Source: Barthelona sp. PAP020 (lineage: Eukaryota). From it: a DNA stretch of 37,356 bases. Numbering within the stretch: position 1 is the stretch's first letter; each line of letters starts with the position of its first letter. The stretch spans positions 1-37,356 of the forward strand of contig JARQWU010000077.1 of NCBI GenBank assembly GCA_040182905.1, written 5' to 3'. The notes beneath the pieces are model-generated. The model searched no databases. It worked only from the letters and a program-made list of their open reading frames with translations, and was not told where the DNA came from. Positions 12,650-24,196 of the stretch are shown in pieces. Position numbers and translations under genes: made by a program.

Positions 12650-13041
12650 CAATAGTGATGTGAACTACCAGTATATATGTAAATGATTCATAACTTTTTT
12701 GTAAATCGTGAATCCTCAATTTTTTTTCTTCAATTTATGCAATAACAGCTGTTGGTCAAGCAAAACAATAGAACAAATTTTGGAAAAAAAAACTTTCAAA
12801 TATCCAATTCATTCAATAGTAATCATTTGTAACAGTGTGGTTACATAGATGATAAATAACAAAGTTCATTCAAATTCTTTGAAATATCTCAATTATTTCA
12901 AGATAAACAAGAATTCATGTGACATCTTTGCAATTGTATGAATTGCATTGCAAAGCTAATCCAAGAAAATGTCAAGAAATATGTTGAAAAATTGAATAAA
13001 TGAAAAGTAAATAAATATTTATGACTATAATGAATAACATG

Positions 13042-13632
13042 CTATTTTGGAGCACCATAATCTTCAGGTAATCTTTCGATATAATATTTATGTGATTTAA
13101 TTGACATAATAGGGACTCCAGGAATTTTACGTATTCTTCTCTGCAAATCCTTATCATGAGTAGCAACAATATAAATAGGATGTTGAGTAACATGGCGACA
13201 GATACAATCATCAGCATAAGTTCCACTATGAGTACAAGTTAACCTTTGAAACATCCTAGATTTTGCCATTCTCAAAGCAGGACGATACTTTTTCCCAAGT
13301 TTTTCTAATTCGGCAATGACACAGTCAGTAACAATTGGAATACATTTAGCATATAAACAATCCATCATGGCTTCATCAATGGTTAAATGATTTGAAATAG
13401 AATGATTAATAAAGTTTGTGTCAACCAAAACACGATATGGAGGTCCCAATGCCATATTATGTTCAAAAAACATATGTGTAGGCATTTCAAACACTTGTCT
13501 TAATTCTCTGGATTCACTTTCATCTACTCTTTGTTTATTTGGATTAACTTTGTTTGTTTCTGACACATTTTTGTCTGTTTTTCGAATTCGAGCAACTTTT
13601 GCTGTTCTACGAACTTTTTTTCCTCTTGCCAT
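13042..13632 (-). CDS. FCF1: rRNA-processing PIN-domain nuclease Fcf1/Utp24
   Basis: ALGPPYRVLVDTNFIN, CLYAKC.P.VTDCVIAELEKLG, C.HSGTYADDC, ATHDKDLQRRIRKIPGVP. Confidence 0.97.
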   Translation of the reverse strand: MARGKKVRRTAKVARIRKTDKNVSETNKVNPNKQRVDESESRELRQVFEMPTHMFFEHNMALGPPYRVLVDTNFINHSISNHLTIDEAMMDCLYAKCIPIVTDCVIAELEKLGKKYRPALRMAKSRMFQRLTCTHSGTYADDCICRHVTQHPIYIVATHDKDLQRRIRKIPGVPIMSIKSHKYYIERLPEDYGAPK

Positions 13633-13859
13633 TTGAAAAAATGTAAAAAATGTAAAAAAATAAAAAAAAATTTTATTTCATTTATTCAACTCTTTTTATT
13701 CCATCAGATGCATTTTTAAACAAATAAAACAAAATAAAGACCATTTGTGACTTTAGACAATTTTAAAAATTTTTAAATCACCATTGAATTTAATTGAAAA
13801 TTGATAATTGTTCTCATTTCGATTCATAATTAAAGATTCACTTATTCAGTTATGATACA

Positions 13860-15746
13860 ATGAAATATTTTGTGACTTTCTTTATAATAATACTGCTTCA
13901 AATTGGATTATGTGAAAAAATCTCGCTTTTACATACTACAGATATTCATGCTTGGGTATACGGTCATACGCACGAAACAACGTATTCAGGTACTTTTGGT
14001 GATGTTTTGAGTTTTTATGAACAGTTGAAGACATACCACAACAACAATAATGATGATTTTCTTTTGATAGACACTGGAGATCTGACACAAGGGACAGGAT
14101 TTTCGGATGTACAAGAACCATATGGTTCTTTAATGTTAAAAGCTGTTGAATATTTACCCTATGATTTCATGACTATTGGAAATCATGAACTAGGGATACC
14201 TTCTTTAATGACACATTTCAAAAATTGGGACTTTTTAAATTCCAACAAGTATATTTGCTCTAATTCATTTTTCGCTGAAGAAGGGAATGATGAATGTTCC
14301 AAAAATAAGAATATTGGAATTCCATACATTATCAAACAGTTACCAAATACGAATGTTAAAGCGTTAGTTATTGGTTTGGTTGAAGACCCTGGACATTTAC
14401 CTGAAACAGTTTGTCTTATTGATATTATTGCTGCTTTGGATAATGAAGAAATGCATCAAGTATATGAAAAAGGAGATTATGATGTTATTCTTGGATTATT
14501 GCATATTGGTTCAAAGACCAACGGAACGAATGATGTAGAGACTTTTTTAAGGTCAGTACCAGCTCACAAGACTAGAGACTTACCCATAATATTTTTAAAT
14601 GGACATACTCATATACGAAACTACGTTTTTTATAAAGATAAAAATAGTGTTCGATTAGAGTCTGAATGGGCTTTAAAGCATATTGGATTAATGAGCGTTG
14701 AAATGGATAAAACTGATAAGGGTTACACATTGGCCAGTGTAAATCACACTTTTATTTCTGTGAATACCGAAGATTTACTTAAAAATTTACCTGACACAAA
14801 AGAATGGAAACCTACAACAAATGGTCAGTTGTTAGACAAATATATCGATGATCAATTGAAGAGTCTAAATTTGGATAAAGTGTTAGGCAAAGCTCCCTAT
14901 AAATTCAGAAAGAATGGACGCATATCCCAAAATGATTCCATGAAGCACTTATACGTTAAAATGATTTTCCCTTCAGTTTTAAAGCCACGAATTTCGGGAA
15001 TTCCAATCTTTGTCTTAAATTCTGGTTCTATGAGAAATAATATCTATGAGGGCAATGTAACTTTGGGAGATGTTTATACCGTTGATCCTTTTAATAACCC
15101 TTATGAGACAATAAGAGGGTTATCTTTTACTGAAGCCACAGCTTTAATCCATGAATTGAGTAGAATTAATCATGAGGATTGGTCAAAATACACATGGTCT
15201 TTGTTTGAACAATCTTCTGAAGAATATCCAATAATTGGCACCTCATATGATATTGCCAATTTTGTGGATATCTTGAATCGTTTCTTCCCTAATAACAATT
15301 TTAAAAGGGTGAAGTTAGGAATCAATTCTCGGGATGCTTTGATAGAAATGGTTAAAAATAATTTCATCGTTACTGAACCAACTTATCATTTGGGTATTGA
15401 ATGGCATATGGTTATACTTATATCAATCATAATTGTTTTGGTTGCTGTAGGTGTTTATTTTGCTTTAATATGGAATGATGATGATCTTCGCAAGAAAAAG
15501 GAATATCATCTCTTGGAAAGTAGTCAAAGAAGGAGGTTTAGTAGTGACAGTCAATTCTTTGGTGTTTCACCAGATATAGCATTTCCACCTACCCCTAAGA
15601 AAAGTCAATATAACAGTGGAACGCCTGTGGATTGGGTTAATTCTAAAGGTTTTGAAGCTCCTGCATTTACAATGGATGATAATCAAACAAATAGGAAAGA
15701 GTTGACTGATGTTGATATTGGTGATTCATCAAAGAATCTCATTTGA
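13860..15746 (+). CDS. Type I membrane 5'-nucleotidase-family metallophosphoesterase
   Basis: Signal peptide; HTTDIH, DTGDLTQGTG, GNHE and GHTH motifs; 5'-NT C-domain (NSGSMR...DPFNN); TM helix and cytosolic tail. Confidence 0.9.
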   Translation: MKYFVTFFIIILLQIGLCEKISLLHTTDIHAWVYGHTHETTYSGTFGDVLSFYEQLKTYHNNNNDDFLLIDTGDLTQGTGFSDVQEPYGSLMLKAVEYLPYDFMTIGNHELGIPSLMTHFKNWDFLNSNKYICSNSFFAEEGNDECSKNKNIGIPYIIKQLPNTNVKALVIGLVEDPGHLPETVCLIDIIAALDNEEMHQVYEKGDYDVILGLLHIGSKTNGTNDVETFLRSVPAHKTRDLPIIFLNGHTHIRNYVFYKDKNSVRLESEWALKHIGLMSVEMDKTDKGYTLASVNHTFISVNTEDLLKNLPDTKEWKPTTNGQLLDKYIDDQLKSLNLDKVLGKAPYKFRKNGRISQNDSMKHLYVKMIFPSVLKPRISGIPIFVLNSGSMRNNIYEGNVTLGDVYTVDPFNNPYETIRGLSFTEATALIHELSRINHEDWSKYTWSLFEQSSEEYPIIGTSYDIANFVDILNRFFPNNNFKRVKLGINSRDALIEMVKNNFIVTEPTYHLGIEWHMVILISIIIVLVAVGVYFALIWNDDDLRKKKEYHLLESSQRRRFSSDSQFFGVSPDIAFPPTPKKSQYNSGTPVDWVNSKGFEAPAFTMDDNQTNRKELTDVDIGDSSKNLI

Positions 15747-16023
15747 GGAAATTGCTATTTGGAGTATCCATTTGCAACCTTGTTGCTTTTCATTTTTTTA
15801 TAACATTGAGATTTGTACGATTCAATGTTTTTTTTTTTTAATATTGTACCTGTAAATTCCTTTGATTTTTTATAAATTGTGCAAAGTTTGTTGATTTGAA
15901 ATTTTTTTTTGGTCTTTTTAAAATGGAGCTCTGTTGGTTCAAAGCAGAAGTTAAAATTTTCTACTAAAAAAAAAAAGAAACTTTTCTGCACACAAAAAAC
16001 AAAAAAATTTACCTCAAAACACA

Positions 16024-17058
16024 TCAAACATTCTTTTTCAAATTCTCTTCCGATTCCTCCTCAAATTCAGGCTCTTCATTCAACTTGATGAGATCTTCAG
16101 ATTTTTCAGGTCTTGCTATTTTTTTCATCTTACTGCGAGTATCACTATATGAATACAATACAACAGCAGCAATAGTAACTGAAATACCAATGAAAACTTT
16201 GGGAGTGATGGGGTCCTTAAACAAGACAAAAGCTCCAATGAATATCAAAACAGTCTTCAAATTACTAACAACAGCATATGCTGTGGGTGATGCAGCTCCA
16301 ACTACCATAAAGATAGATAAATTAACAAAGAAACTAATAATACCGCTGCAAACAATACCAAGGAGTTGCATAGGAGTATAAGTTAAAGATAAAATGTGTC
16401 CAAGATCAGCTGCAAAAATATTCACTCCGAAAAGCAATATACAACTTATGGGTGCAGTATATGAGAACAATTGGAAAGAAGAAACTTGATGTTGTGTCAT
16501 AATATGCTTTGAATAAGTTGAATAACAAACGTTGGATGAAACACCAATCATGGCATAAATGAAACCATTAAATGAAATACCAGAAGAAAAGCTCTTGCCA
16601 GAAATTGTAGCAATATATATTCCAATAAAAACTATAACAGTACTAATCCAGACACCAAGAGGATAACTTTGTTTTTTTCTTCTCAACAAAATTGCATTCA
16701 CAATAACAGTCATTGGCGTTCCAAGAATCTTAAACAATTGATAAAATGCAGTTGAATTCTCAGCTTGTGATGCAGTATTTCCTAAAACCCAACCACAAAA
16801 TGCAATACATAAAACAAAGACTTGTTTTAATGGAAGAGAAACAGGCTCAAAGAGTTTTAACTTTTGTGATATTAATACACCAAGCCAACCAAACCAAAAA
16901 TGAATAAAAGGCAAAACAGTTGGAAATGACCAATCGTTCAATACGATTTTGTTAACAAAAACAATTGAAACAGAGGATAAAACATTTAAAGTAAAATATC
17001 CAACAACTTGGTTTCTCGATACCATTAAATTAAATGAAAAATTAAATGGAATGTTCAT
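16024..17058 (-). CDS. Nucleotide-sugar/triose-phosphate transporter family (SLC35E3/UXT-like); true start may be the Met at 17025
   Basis: SVSIVFVNK, NS..FYQL.K...P, SP.AYAVV..LKT motifs; about 10 TMs. Confidence 0.9.
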   Translation of the reverse strand: MNIPFNFSFNLMVSRNQVVGYFTLNVLSSVSIVFVNKIVLNDWSFPTVLPFIHFWFGWLGVLISQKLKLFEPVSLPLKQVFVLCIAFCGWVLGNTASQAENSTAFYQLFKILGTPMTVIVNAILLRRKKQSYPLGVWISTVIVFIGIYIATISGKSFSSGISFNGFIYAMIGVSSNVCYSTYSKHIMTQHQVSSFQLFSYTAPISCILLFGVNIFAADLGHILSLTYTPMQLLGIVCSGIISFFVNLSIFMVVGAASPTAYAVVSNLKTVLIFIGAFVLFKDPITPKVFIGISVTIAAVVLYSYSDTRSKMKKIARPEKSEDLIKLNEEPEFEEESEENLKKNV

Positions 17059-17162
17059 TTTTCTTTATCCTTCTTTTATTTTATCAATTTTGATCAAAAT
17101 TCTCAACTAATATTATTAAATATTAACATAGACAAAGATAAAATATATTAAGATATAAATAT

Positions 17163-18656
17163 TTACCATAAAGTGTTAAATACAACCAACAACATGACGA
17201 TTGTGATAACGATATTTTTAAAAGATAGATTATCGAATATAAGCAATATTGAACACAAAAAGAATAAAAAATAAAGAATATAGGAAGTTACTTTTCTCTT
17301 TTCGAACTTTGATTCAGAAAAAGTTATGACTTCAGACACAACACTATCAGTTTCTTCATCAGATATAACCATAGGTGGAGGCGTGGGAGTAACTAATTCC
17401 GGTCTATACATTGGCAAAGCAATTTCATGACAAGGATTTGGGCATTCATCCAAATCAATTGTATTTACAAAGTCAAGCAATTCTTTTGCAGTAGGTCTTT
17501 TCAAAGGATCTTTGACTAAACACATTTCTATTATTGATACAAACTCGTTGGGCCTTTGATTCATAAATTCTTCATTTAATTCGAAGTATTCAAAGTCCTT
17601 TATAGTTTGCAAGGTTTCTGCAACACTATTAGAACTGAAGGGCAATTGATTAAACAGTAAAGTGTATAAAATAATTCCAATGGACCAAATATCAACTTTA
17701 TCCGAAAAAAAAGAATCGTTTAATACCTCTGGAGGCATATAGTCAACAGTACCACGAACAAATGCACTATTATCATATCCTATTCTATTTGCATGACCAA
17801 AATCACAAACAATAACTTTAACACCGGATGAACGATCAGCTGTTGTAAAGTCCTCGTGTAACAACAAATTCTCAAGTTTCAAATCACAATGAATGATGCC
17901 TGCTGAATGTAAATACGCTATACCATTGAGAACATCCTTCAAATAATCTAAAATATGCATATTAGGTATTAACATGGGTTGGTTTTGCTGAAATATTAAA
18001 TCTCCCAGATTTCCTTTGTTAGCATAATCCATCAAGATATAAAGCATTGTAACAGTGGGACAAAAAGATGAAAATCTTCCTTCTTCAAGCCAACAATGAT
18101 GATATGCAATTAGATTTGGATGGGAAAAACTCTGACTCAATTTCACCTCCCGAAGCGTTTTTATCAAATAATCACATGAGTCTCCAACGCTCAAAATCTT
18201 TACTGCAAAAATTCCCAAATCAACATCAAAGTTAGGCAAAGAATGTTGCACAAGATTGACAATTCCAAAGGAACCACTTCCAATTTTTCCAATTTCAATA
18301 AAAAATCGCTTATAGTAACCAGTTACCAACGACTCAACTGTAATTTCTCTTTCTTCATCAGGTTCAGATGAAAGATCTTCAAACGATATTTCTGATGGTG
18401 TAGGAGATACATTTATATTATTTGTAGACTCATCTTCCAAGACATTACTTTGAGAAACAAATAATTTTTCAATATGAGCAAAATAATCTCGTCTATTCAC
18501 CAAAAGAGTGCTTGTACTTCCTAGAGCTTCTTCTGTAGGCACTCTAACTAAACGTTCAGAACCACATAATGGACATTTGACATTCTTTGTTCGAGATATC
18601 AAAAAGGGATTGTCTCTTCTGAGTTGAATATGTCTATTTGTATTATTTTCAGACAT
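17163..18656 (-). CDS. IKS1-like Ser/Thr protein kinase with C-terminal membrane anchor
   Basis: CPLC, GYYKRFFIE...GSGSFG, FAVK..VGD, HPNLIAYHH.WLE, HCDLK.EN, DFG, GT.DYMPPE; two hydrophobic C-terminal segments. Confidence 0.85.
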   Translation of the reverse strand: MSENNTNRHIQLRRDNPFLISRTKNVKCPLCGSERLVRVPTEEALGSTSTLLVNRRDYFAHIEKLFVSQSNVLEDESTNNINVSPTPSEISFEDLSSEPDEEREITVESLVTGYYKRFFIEIGKIGSGSFGIVNLVQHSLPNFDVDLGIFAVKILSVGDSCDYLIKTLREVKLSQSFSHPNLIAYHHCWLEEGRFSSFCPTVTMLYILMDYANKGNLGDLIFQQNQPMLIPNMHILDYLKDVLNGIAYLHSAGIIHCDLKLENLLLHEDFTTADRSSGVKVIVCDFGHANRIGYDNSAFVRGTVDYMPPEVLNDSFFSDKVDIWSIGIILYTLLFNQLPFSSNSVAETLQTIKDFEYFELNEEFMNQRPNEFVSIIEMCLVKDPLKRPTAKELLDFVNTIDLDECPNPCHEIALPMYRPELVTPTPPPMVISDEETDSVVSEVITFSESKFEKRKVTSYILYFLFFLCSILLIFDNLSFKNIVITIVMLLVVFNTLW

Positions 18657-18953
18657 GGTAGAGTTATTACATATGCAATACTAGTTTTAATTCAATATTA
18701 AAAGTACAACAATCAATAAAAATAAACTGTATAATTTATCAAGAGTTTTCATGAAAGAAATGATTAATATTAAGCTTGTACAAATATGAATTTGAATTAA
18801 CTGTGTTGACAATACTTCAGAAGAGCTTTCTAAATGAATTTTTGAAATGAAAATAGTAAATATATTTTTACATTTATTTAACAGGCACCTGTCGAAAGAA
18901 TAAAATGTAAATAAATAATAATAATACAACAATTTTATTTGTCAAAATTGAAA

Positions 18954-20114
18954 TCAGTTTTCAATACTTTCTTTTTTTTCATCTGCATCAACTGCATTTA
19001 ATCTTTTCAATTCTTCAGGATTAAAGGCTGCGATTAAAGGAACATTAGTTTTTTTTGAAAACATTAATAAATGATAAAGAGAGTAAACAAAATTATAGAT
19101 CATCACAAAACTGACGAAAACCAACATGATCAACTCTTCATTCTCAGGGAACTTTCTTAAAATGAAACCAACAATTGGCAACAAGACAGAAATATAAAGG
19201 TGATGCCATAATTGACCATTTCTACCCAATAGACGTTGAGTGACAACAGTTGTTGACTGTAAACAGAGTAAAAATCCCACGATAATAACAAAATATACTT
19301 TGCTATTAACATGCTTCAGTTCATATAAATATACAAACAAAATACCAGCAATAAATGTAAATATGATTGCAAAAATTTCAAAGAAGAAAGTAAAAGACAT
19401 CTTAGCCTTAATAAACAATGAAATAATTTGAACAATAGTTTGGAATGCTAAAATAGTAACTAAAATATAAGTTAAAAGTTCAGACCATAAAATAGAGGTT
19501 GTAAAAACACATGTTTGAAATGGTGCAGCTCCAATAATTGAACATGCAAACAAAAGCACATACAAAAGTGCAATTCCTTCATTACAACCATTAATAACAG
19601 CTAGTTCAATCTTTCCAGTGTATTTAGCTTCCAACTGACAGGTATAACTTGCAGATTCAGCAGTAATAATGGCTGCTACAATCAAATATGGATTAGAAAT
19701 TTTTAAGGCAGAAATAATAAAGATGGGAGCTATCGCAAAAACCCAAGCATCAACGGAATGATCAACAAAATCACCAAAACAACTACACATACCTGTTTTA
19801 CGAGCAACAACACCATCTAAGCCATCACATAATTGATACAAAAACATTCCTAAAGCACCAAACAAAGGAATATATCTAGCTTCCCAATCAAAAAAATTGG
19901 GATTAAAATACCAGGTCAAACAAAATGCAAGAATAACAAAGAATCCACCACTAAAAGTAACAAAATTAGGGGAAATAAAACTAGGAATAAGATTTGCAAT
20001 CATCTTATAGATTTTAGATAAAACAAATCGATAAAGAATACTATTATCGACTGAATTATGTTCATGATTATATAAATACTTGATCTCTTCGTCTTTAATC
20101 AAAGGAAATACCAT
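18954..20114 (-). CDS. Choline/ethanolamine phosphotransferase (CDP-alcohol phosphotransferase)
   Basis: SPNFVT and the DGLDGVVARKTG...G...DH..D signature; multi-TM. Confidence 0.93.
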   Translation of the reverse strand: MVFPLIKDEEIKYLYNHEHNSVDNSILYRFVLSKIYKMIANLIPSFISPNFVTFSGGFFVILAFCLTWYFNPNFFDWEARYIPLFGALGMFLYQLCDGLDGVVARKTGMCSCFGDFVDHSVDAWVFAIAPIFIISALKISNPYLIVAAIITAESASYTCQLEAKYTGKIELAVINGCNEGIALLYVLLFACSIIGAAPFQTCVFTTSILWSELLTYILVTILAFQTIVQIISLFIKAKMSFTFFFEIFAIIFTFIAGILFVYLYELKHVNSKVYFVIIVGFLLCLQSTTVVTQRLLGRNGQLWHHLYISVLLPIVGFILRKFPENEELIMLVFVSFVMIYNFVYSLYHLLMFSKKTNVPLIAAFNPEELKRLNAVDADEKKESIEN

Positions 20115-20274
20115 CGCAAATTAAATAATTGAAAAAAAAAATTTCACAAATAGTTTGAAACAATTCTTCTTTTATGGATCAAATTTATTCACCACGAAAT
20201 GCAATAAACACAAATAACTATGAAATACTGTGAAAAACAAATTATTATCTAAATTTTATTTTTCAATTTTACCA

Positions 20275-21775
20275 ATGCCTAAAAACCCAAAACAAAAATT
20301 GGATTACGATCTACTTAATCCAACTACTCAGGGGTATTTTTATTTAATAATATGAATGGAAAACTAACTTTATTAGATATTTGGAAGCGGATGAAGGAGA
20401 GAAAACTTACAGAATTAGTCAAAGTAATATCCGAAAACATGTTGATAAGCGAACACAAAAGAAGCTATTCCGATACAATTTAAGTTTTGGACCATATCAT
20501 CTTGATTTCAGTTTAAATGGACAACAAATGCTATTAAGTGGTGAAAAAGGACATGTTTCACTTTATAATTGGCACAAAAATGAAAAACTTTGTGAATTCC
20601 AAACTAAAAAGACAATTTCTAAATGTAAGATATTAGGTGACACTGATCTTTTTGGCCTTTGTTTACCAAATGATGAAGTGAGAATTTATGATGGTGTAGG
20701 TCGTGAAATTCACAGACTATCCCATCACAAAAATCCTATCGATATTAATTATTTACCATACCATTATCTTCTGAATACAATTAGTTTGTCAGGACATATT
20801 TTATGGCAAGATATCTCTACTGGGGAGATTGCTGCATCATATCCATGTGCCTCAAGGGTGAATCGGAGTTCACTTCGTTGTTTAGCAAATTCTCCTAAGA
20901 CTGCAGTTTCATATGTAGGTCATTCAAATGGTACTGTTTCATTATGGTCACCACGAATTGGAAATCCTGAAATTCAATTGAAAGCTCATAATGGTCCAAT
21001 CTCCAACATAGCTGTCAGCAACAATGGGTTTAATTTCATTACTGTGGCAGTTGATGGTCGAATTAGCTTGTGGGATGAAAGAAATTTCAAATCTATTTCC
21101 TCTTGGAACCTGAAAGTCCCCCCATCTTCTATCGATTTATCACAAAAGAATTGTTTGGCTGTGGCTTCAGGATCGAAAGTTTCAATTTACAACAATATTT
21201 TTTCGAGTGAAGTTTACAAGAAACAAGGAGCTGGCGTTTATATGACGGAGAGGTTTTCCGGTGATTCAATAATGGATGTTCGATTCTGTCCATATGAAGA
21301 CTTCTTGGGACTTGGTATGAGAAAAGGTGTTTGTTCTATGATAGTTCCTGGGTCTGCCGAATCTAATTATGATACTTTTGAACATAATCTTTATGAAAGT
21401 AAACGTCAAAAACGTGAGGGTCGTGTAAAACGTATTTTGGATAAAATTCCAGCAGATATGATTGGTGTAAATCTAAAGTTGGGAAATATCAGACAAAATG
21501 AGAATGAAAGAGTTCAAAAATTACAGATGATGGAGGATCTACATCAAAATATTGATTCAACAGAAGTTAAAAAGCAACTAGCGGAAAAAAGAGAAAAGAG
21601 AAGGATGCGCGGCAAGAGCAAATCAATGAAAAGATATTTAAGAAAGCAAACCTTCGTAAATAGTTGGAAAAAGGTTCACATTGAAGAAAAGTTAGCCAAA
21701 GAAGATAGATTGAAGGAATTGGAAACAAATCCCAAAGAGAAAACCAAAGATGCTATTTTTGGAAGGTTTAAATAG
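20275..21775 (+). CDS. UTP7: U3 snoRNP WD40 protein Utp7/WDR46; two exons, 20275-20333 and 20377-21775 (485 aa)
   Basis: FGPY..DFS.NG, F.PYEDFLGLG, VPGS.E.NYD and BING4CT tail. The spliced N-terminus MPKNPKQKLDYDLLNPTTQGYLEADEGEKTY restores the conserved LL....G[FY]LE...E.T motif. The ORF-track TTG start is an artefact. Confidence 0.93.
20334..20376 (+). other. 43-nt spliceosomal GT-AG intron (phase 2) in UTP7
   Basis: GTATTT...ACTAAC-TTTATT-AG. Removal joins an upstream ATG in frame (GG|A = Gly). Confidence 0.88.
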
Positions 21776-22175
21776 AATAGTGGAAAGAATTTCTTGCAGT
21801 TATCTTTAAAATCAAAAGCGAATAAATTAGTCCTGACATTTTTTTTTGTTTGAAAGAACATTTGAATTGTGAGTGTGGCACTCCTGATATATTGAGTGTC
21901 TTTTCATTTGAAATAGGTGTCTTCAATAAAGATAAACTTTAAGTATTTGATACTCGTTTTAATGTGATGTCAAAAATCATCAAACAGGATTATTTTTGTT
22001 TTTAAAAATTAAACAGCAATGATTTTCTCCCTTTGACAATTTTTTTGAAAGCTACTTGAATAAGTTTTCAATTTTTGGAAGGGAAAAGAGAAGATTGTTT
22101 TATTTTTTATTTTATTTTTTTTTTTTTTTTTTAAAAAAATATCATATCTATAACTTTTACAATATTTATCAATGT

Positions 22176-22883
22176 TTATTTTTTCTTTTTAGCTTTCTTT
22201 TTCTTTTTTTTAACCACTTTAGGTGGTTCTGGATTCATATTGGGCTTGGGTAGATCAGGTAAGGCCAACACAATATTTCGAATCCCAAAACTCCTTATTG
22301 TTGATAAGTTTTGAGCTGCAGTTTGAGTTCTGGGATGTTGAAATCCCAAAACTAGTTCAAAAATTCGACAACTTCGTGTAAAAAAGTCCAAAGCTTCTTT
22401 CCCTTCTCCTATCTTATTCAAAACAACTCCCAAATTATTGTAAACCAAACCTACATCCACATGATTTGCCCCCAGTAATTGTTCTCTTATATCTTTAGCT
22501 TGAAGAAAATTATCTAAAGCACTGTCCCAATCACCTGAATGATAATATAAAATACCTAAACAAGAATGAGGAACTGCTCTGTCTGGATGATTAGGTGGTA
22601 ATTTAGCGGAATATGCCAAACTTTCCAAGAAATAAGTTTTAGCCAACACATCATCACCCATCGAAAAACAAATTTCTCCCCTTAAAACGGAAAAAAAACA
22701 AGGGAACCATGGATTATCGAAAAAAGTTGAACCGCGCCAAACTCTTTCACCTTGTTCCAAAAATTCCAGAGCTAACGAATATCTCGCAGCATTCTGATGG
22801 ACTAAAGCACCTTCTAAAAAAGCTGATAGTTCTTCTGGACATTGTGGAGGACGAATAATTTCACGAATCATAAATAACGCCAT
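22176..22883 (-). CDS. TPR-repeat protein (kinesin-light-chain-like TPRs) with poly-Lys tail
   Basis: HPDRA...LG.LYY, LG.NH.DVG..YNNLG, LG.QHPRT....NL. Confidence 0.85.
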   Translation of the reverse strand: MALFMIREIIRPPQCPEELSAFLEGALVHQNAARYSLALEFLEQGERVWRGSTFFDNPWFPCFFSVLRGEICFSMGDDVLAKTYFLESLAYSAKLPPNHPDRAVPHSCLGILYYHSGDWDSALDNFLQAKDIREQLLGANHVDVGLVYNNLGVVLNKIGEGKEALDFFTRSCRIFELVLGFQHPRTQTAAQNLSTIRSFGIRNIVLALPDLPKPNMNPEPPKVVKKKKKKAKKKK

Positions 22884-23040
22884 CTTTGTATATATCTAAT
22901 TGTTTGTTTGTTTGTACTAATCGTGTATAATATGTAAATGTACAAGAATTTTAAAACTATTTAAAATTATTTAAAAATAAAAAAAATGTCCAAACAAAAA
23001 AATGGATTTGTTCTTTTTATGACATTATGCTTCTTTACAA

Positions 23041-24015
23041 ATGAATGTAGAATTAAAATTTGAAGATATTCAGTTTCATGCTCATAATGATTACATTTCT
23101 TCTGTTCGTTTTTCTCCAGACGGTCAATGTATTGCTTCAACTTCAAATGACCGAACTTGTAAGGTACATAATGCAACAGGAGAACTGTTATTAAGTCTAG
23201 AAGGACATTTTGGTGCTGTAAATGATTGTGCATGGCATCCTCGAGAAAACTATTTATGTACATGTTCCAATGATTGTCATTCAAAACTTTGGAGTTTAGA
23301 AAAAAATGAGTGTATCCAAACTTTGCGAGGACATAATTCTTTTGTTTCTTCTTTGTCTTTTCATCCCTTAGGATCTATTTTAGTTACGGGTGCTTTTGAT
23401 GAAACCGTTAGATTATGGGATTTAAGATGTGGGTCATGTTTTGGTGTGTTTACAGCGCATTCTAACGCTATTACAGATATTGAATTTTCTCCAGATGGTA
23501 CCATGTTTCTTACAGCGTCCTCTGAGGGGCGTATAAGACTTTGGGATACTAGAAATATGATTTGTTTGAAAACTATCATGGAGGATGATTCAGCTGCTTG
23601 TTCTTGCGCTAAGTTTAGCCCTAATGGACGTTACGTTTTATCTTCAACATTAGATAGCACTATGAGATTATGGGATACACATGGTAATGTGGCAGAAAAT
23701 CAAGCAAACACAATAAACCCGCAACTGATGAAAACATATCAGCATGAGAATTTGGAATCCAAGAATCATTTAAATGAGGTGGCTTGGGGTTATTGTCAAG
23801 GTCAAAGGTATGTCGTGGGATGTTCAGAAAAAAATAATATTTCCATGTTTCATTTGAAGGAAATGAATTTTATTAATCAATTGGAATTACCTGCATTACC
23901 TATTTCTATTGATGAATATCGTGATGTTGAATTTAGTCGCTATGTCATTGGCTTGGCAAGGAAAAAAGATTTTAATATTTGTTTAGCTCGTATTGTAGAA
24001 ACTCCAACATCATAA
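23041..24015 (+). CDS. WDR5: WD40 protein WDR5/Swd3 (COMPASS subunit)
   Basis: RLWDT...CLKTI.EDD....S..KFSPNGRYVL.STLD..MRLWD matches WDR5; multiple WD repeats. Confidence 0.82.
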   Translation: MNVELKFEDIQFHAHNDYISSVRFSPDGQCIASTSNDRTCKVHNATGELLLSLEGHFGAVNDCAWHPRENYLCTCSNDCHSKLWSLEKNECIQTLRGHNSFVSSLSFHPLGSILVTGAFDETVRLWDLRCGSCFGVFTAHSNAITDIEFSPDGTMFLTASSEGRIRLWDTRNMICLKTIMEDDSAACSCAKFSPNGRYVLSSTLDSTMRLWDTHGNVAENQANTINPQLMKTYQHENLESKNHLNEVAWGYCQGQRYVVGCSEKNNISMFHLKEMNFINQLELPALPISIDEYRDVEFSRYVIGLARKKDFNICLARIVETPTS

Positions 24016-24196
24016 TTGTTGATGTTCACATAAATACTTTATACTTTTCTTCTTTTCATTAATTTTGGTTTGTGTGTTTTTTTGGTTATTTTTTTTCACT
24101 GTAAATTTTTTGTAAACAGTTCCATGAAAAGATTTCATTAACAATTGTTACAATTGTGATTATATTCTTACGTCACTCATATTTTCAATTTTATCC

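Noticed and set aside
12826..12846. Iron-responsive-element-like CAGTGT loop
   Set aside because: The loop has two extra nucleotides, there is no bulged C five pairs below it, and the neighbouring genes are unrelated to iron.
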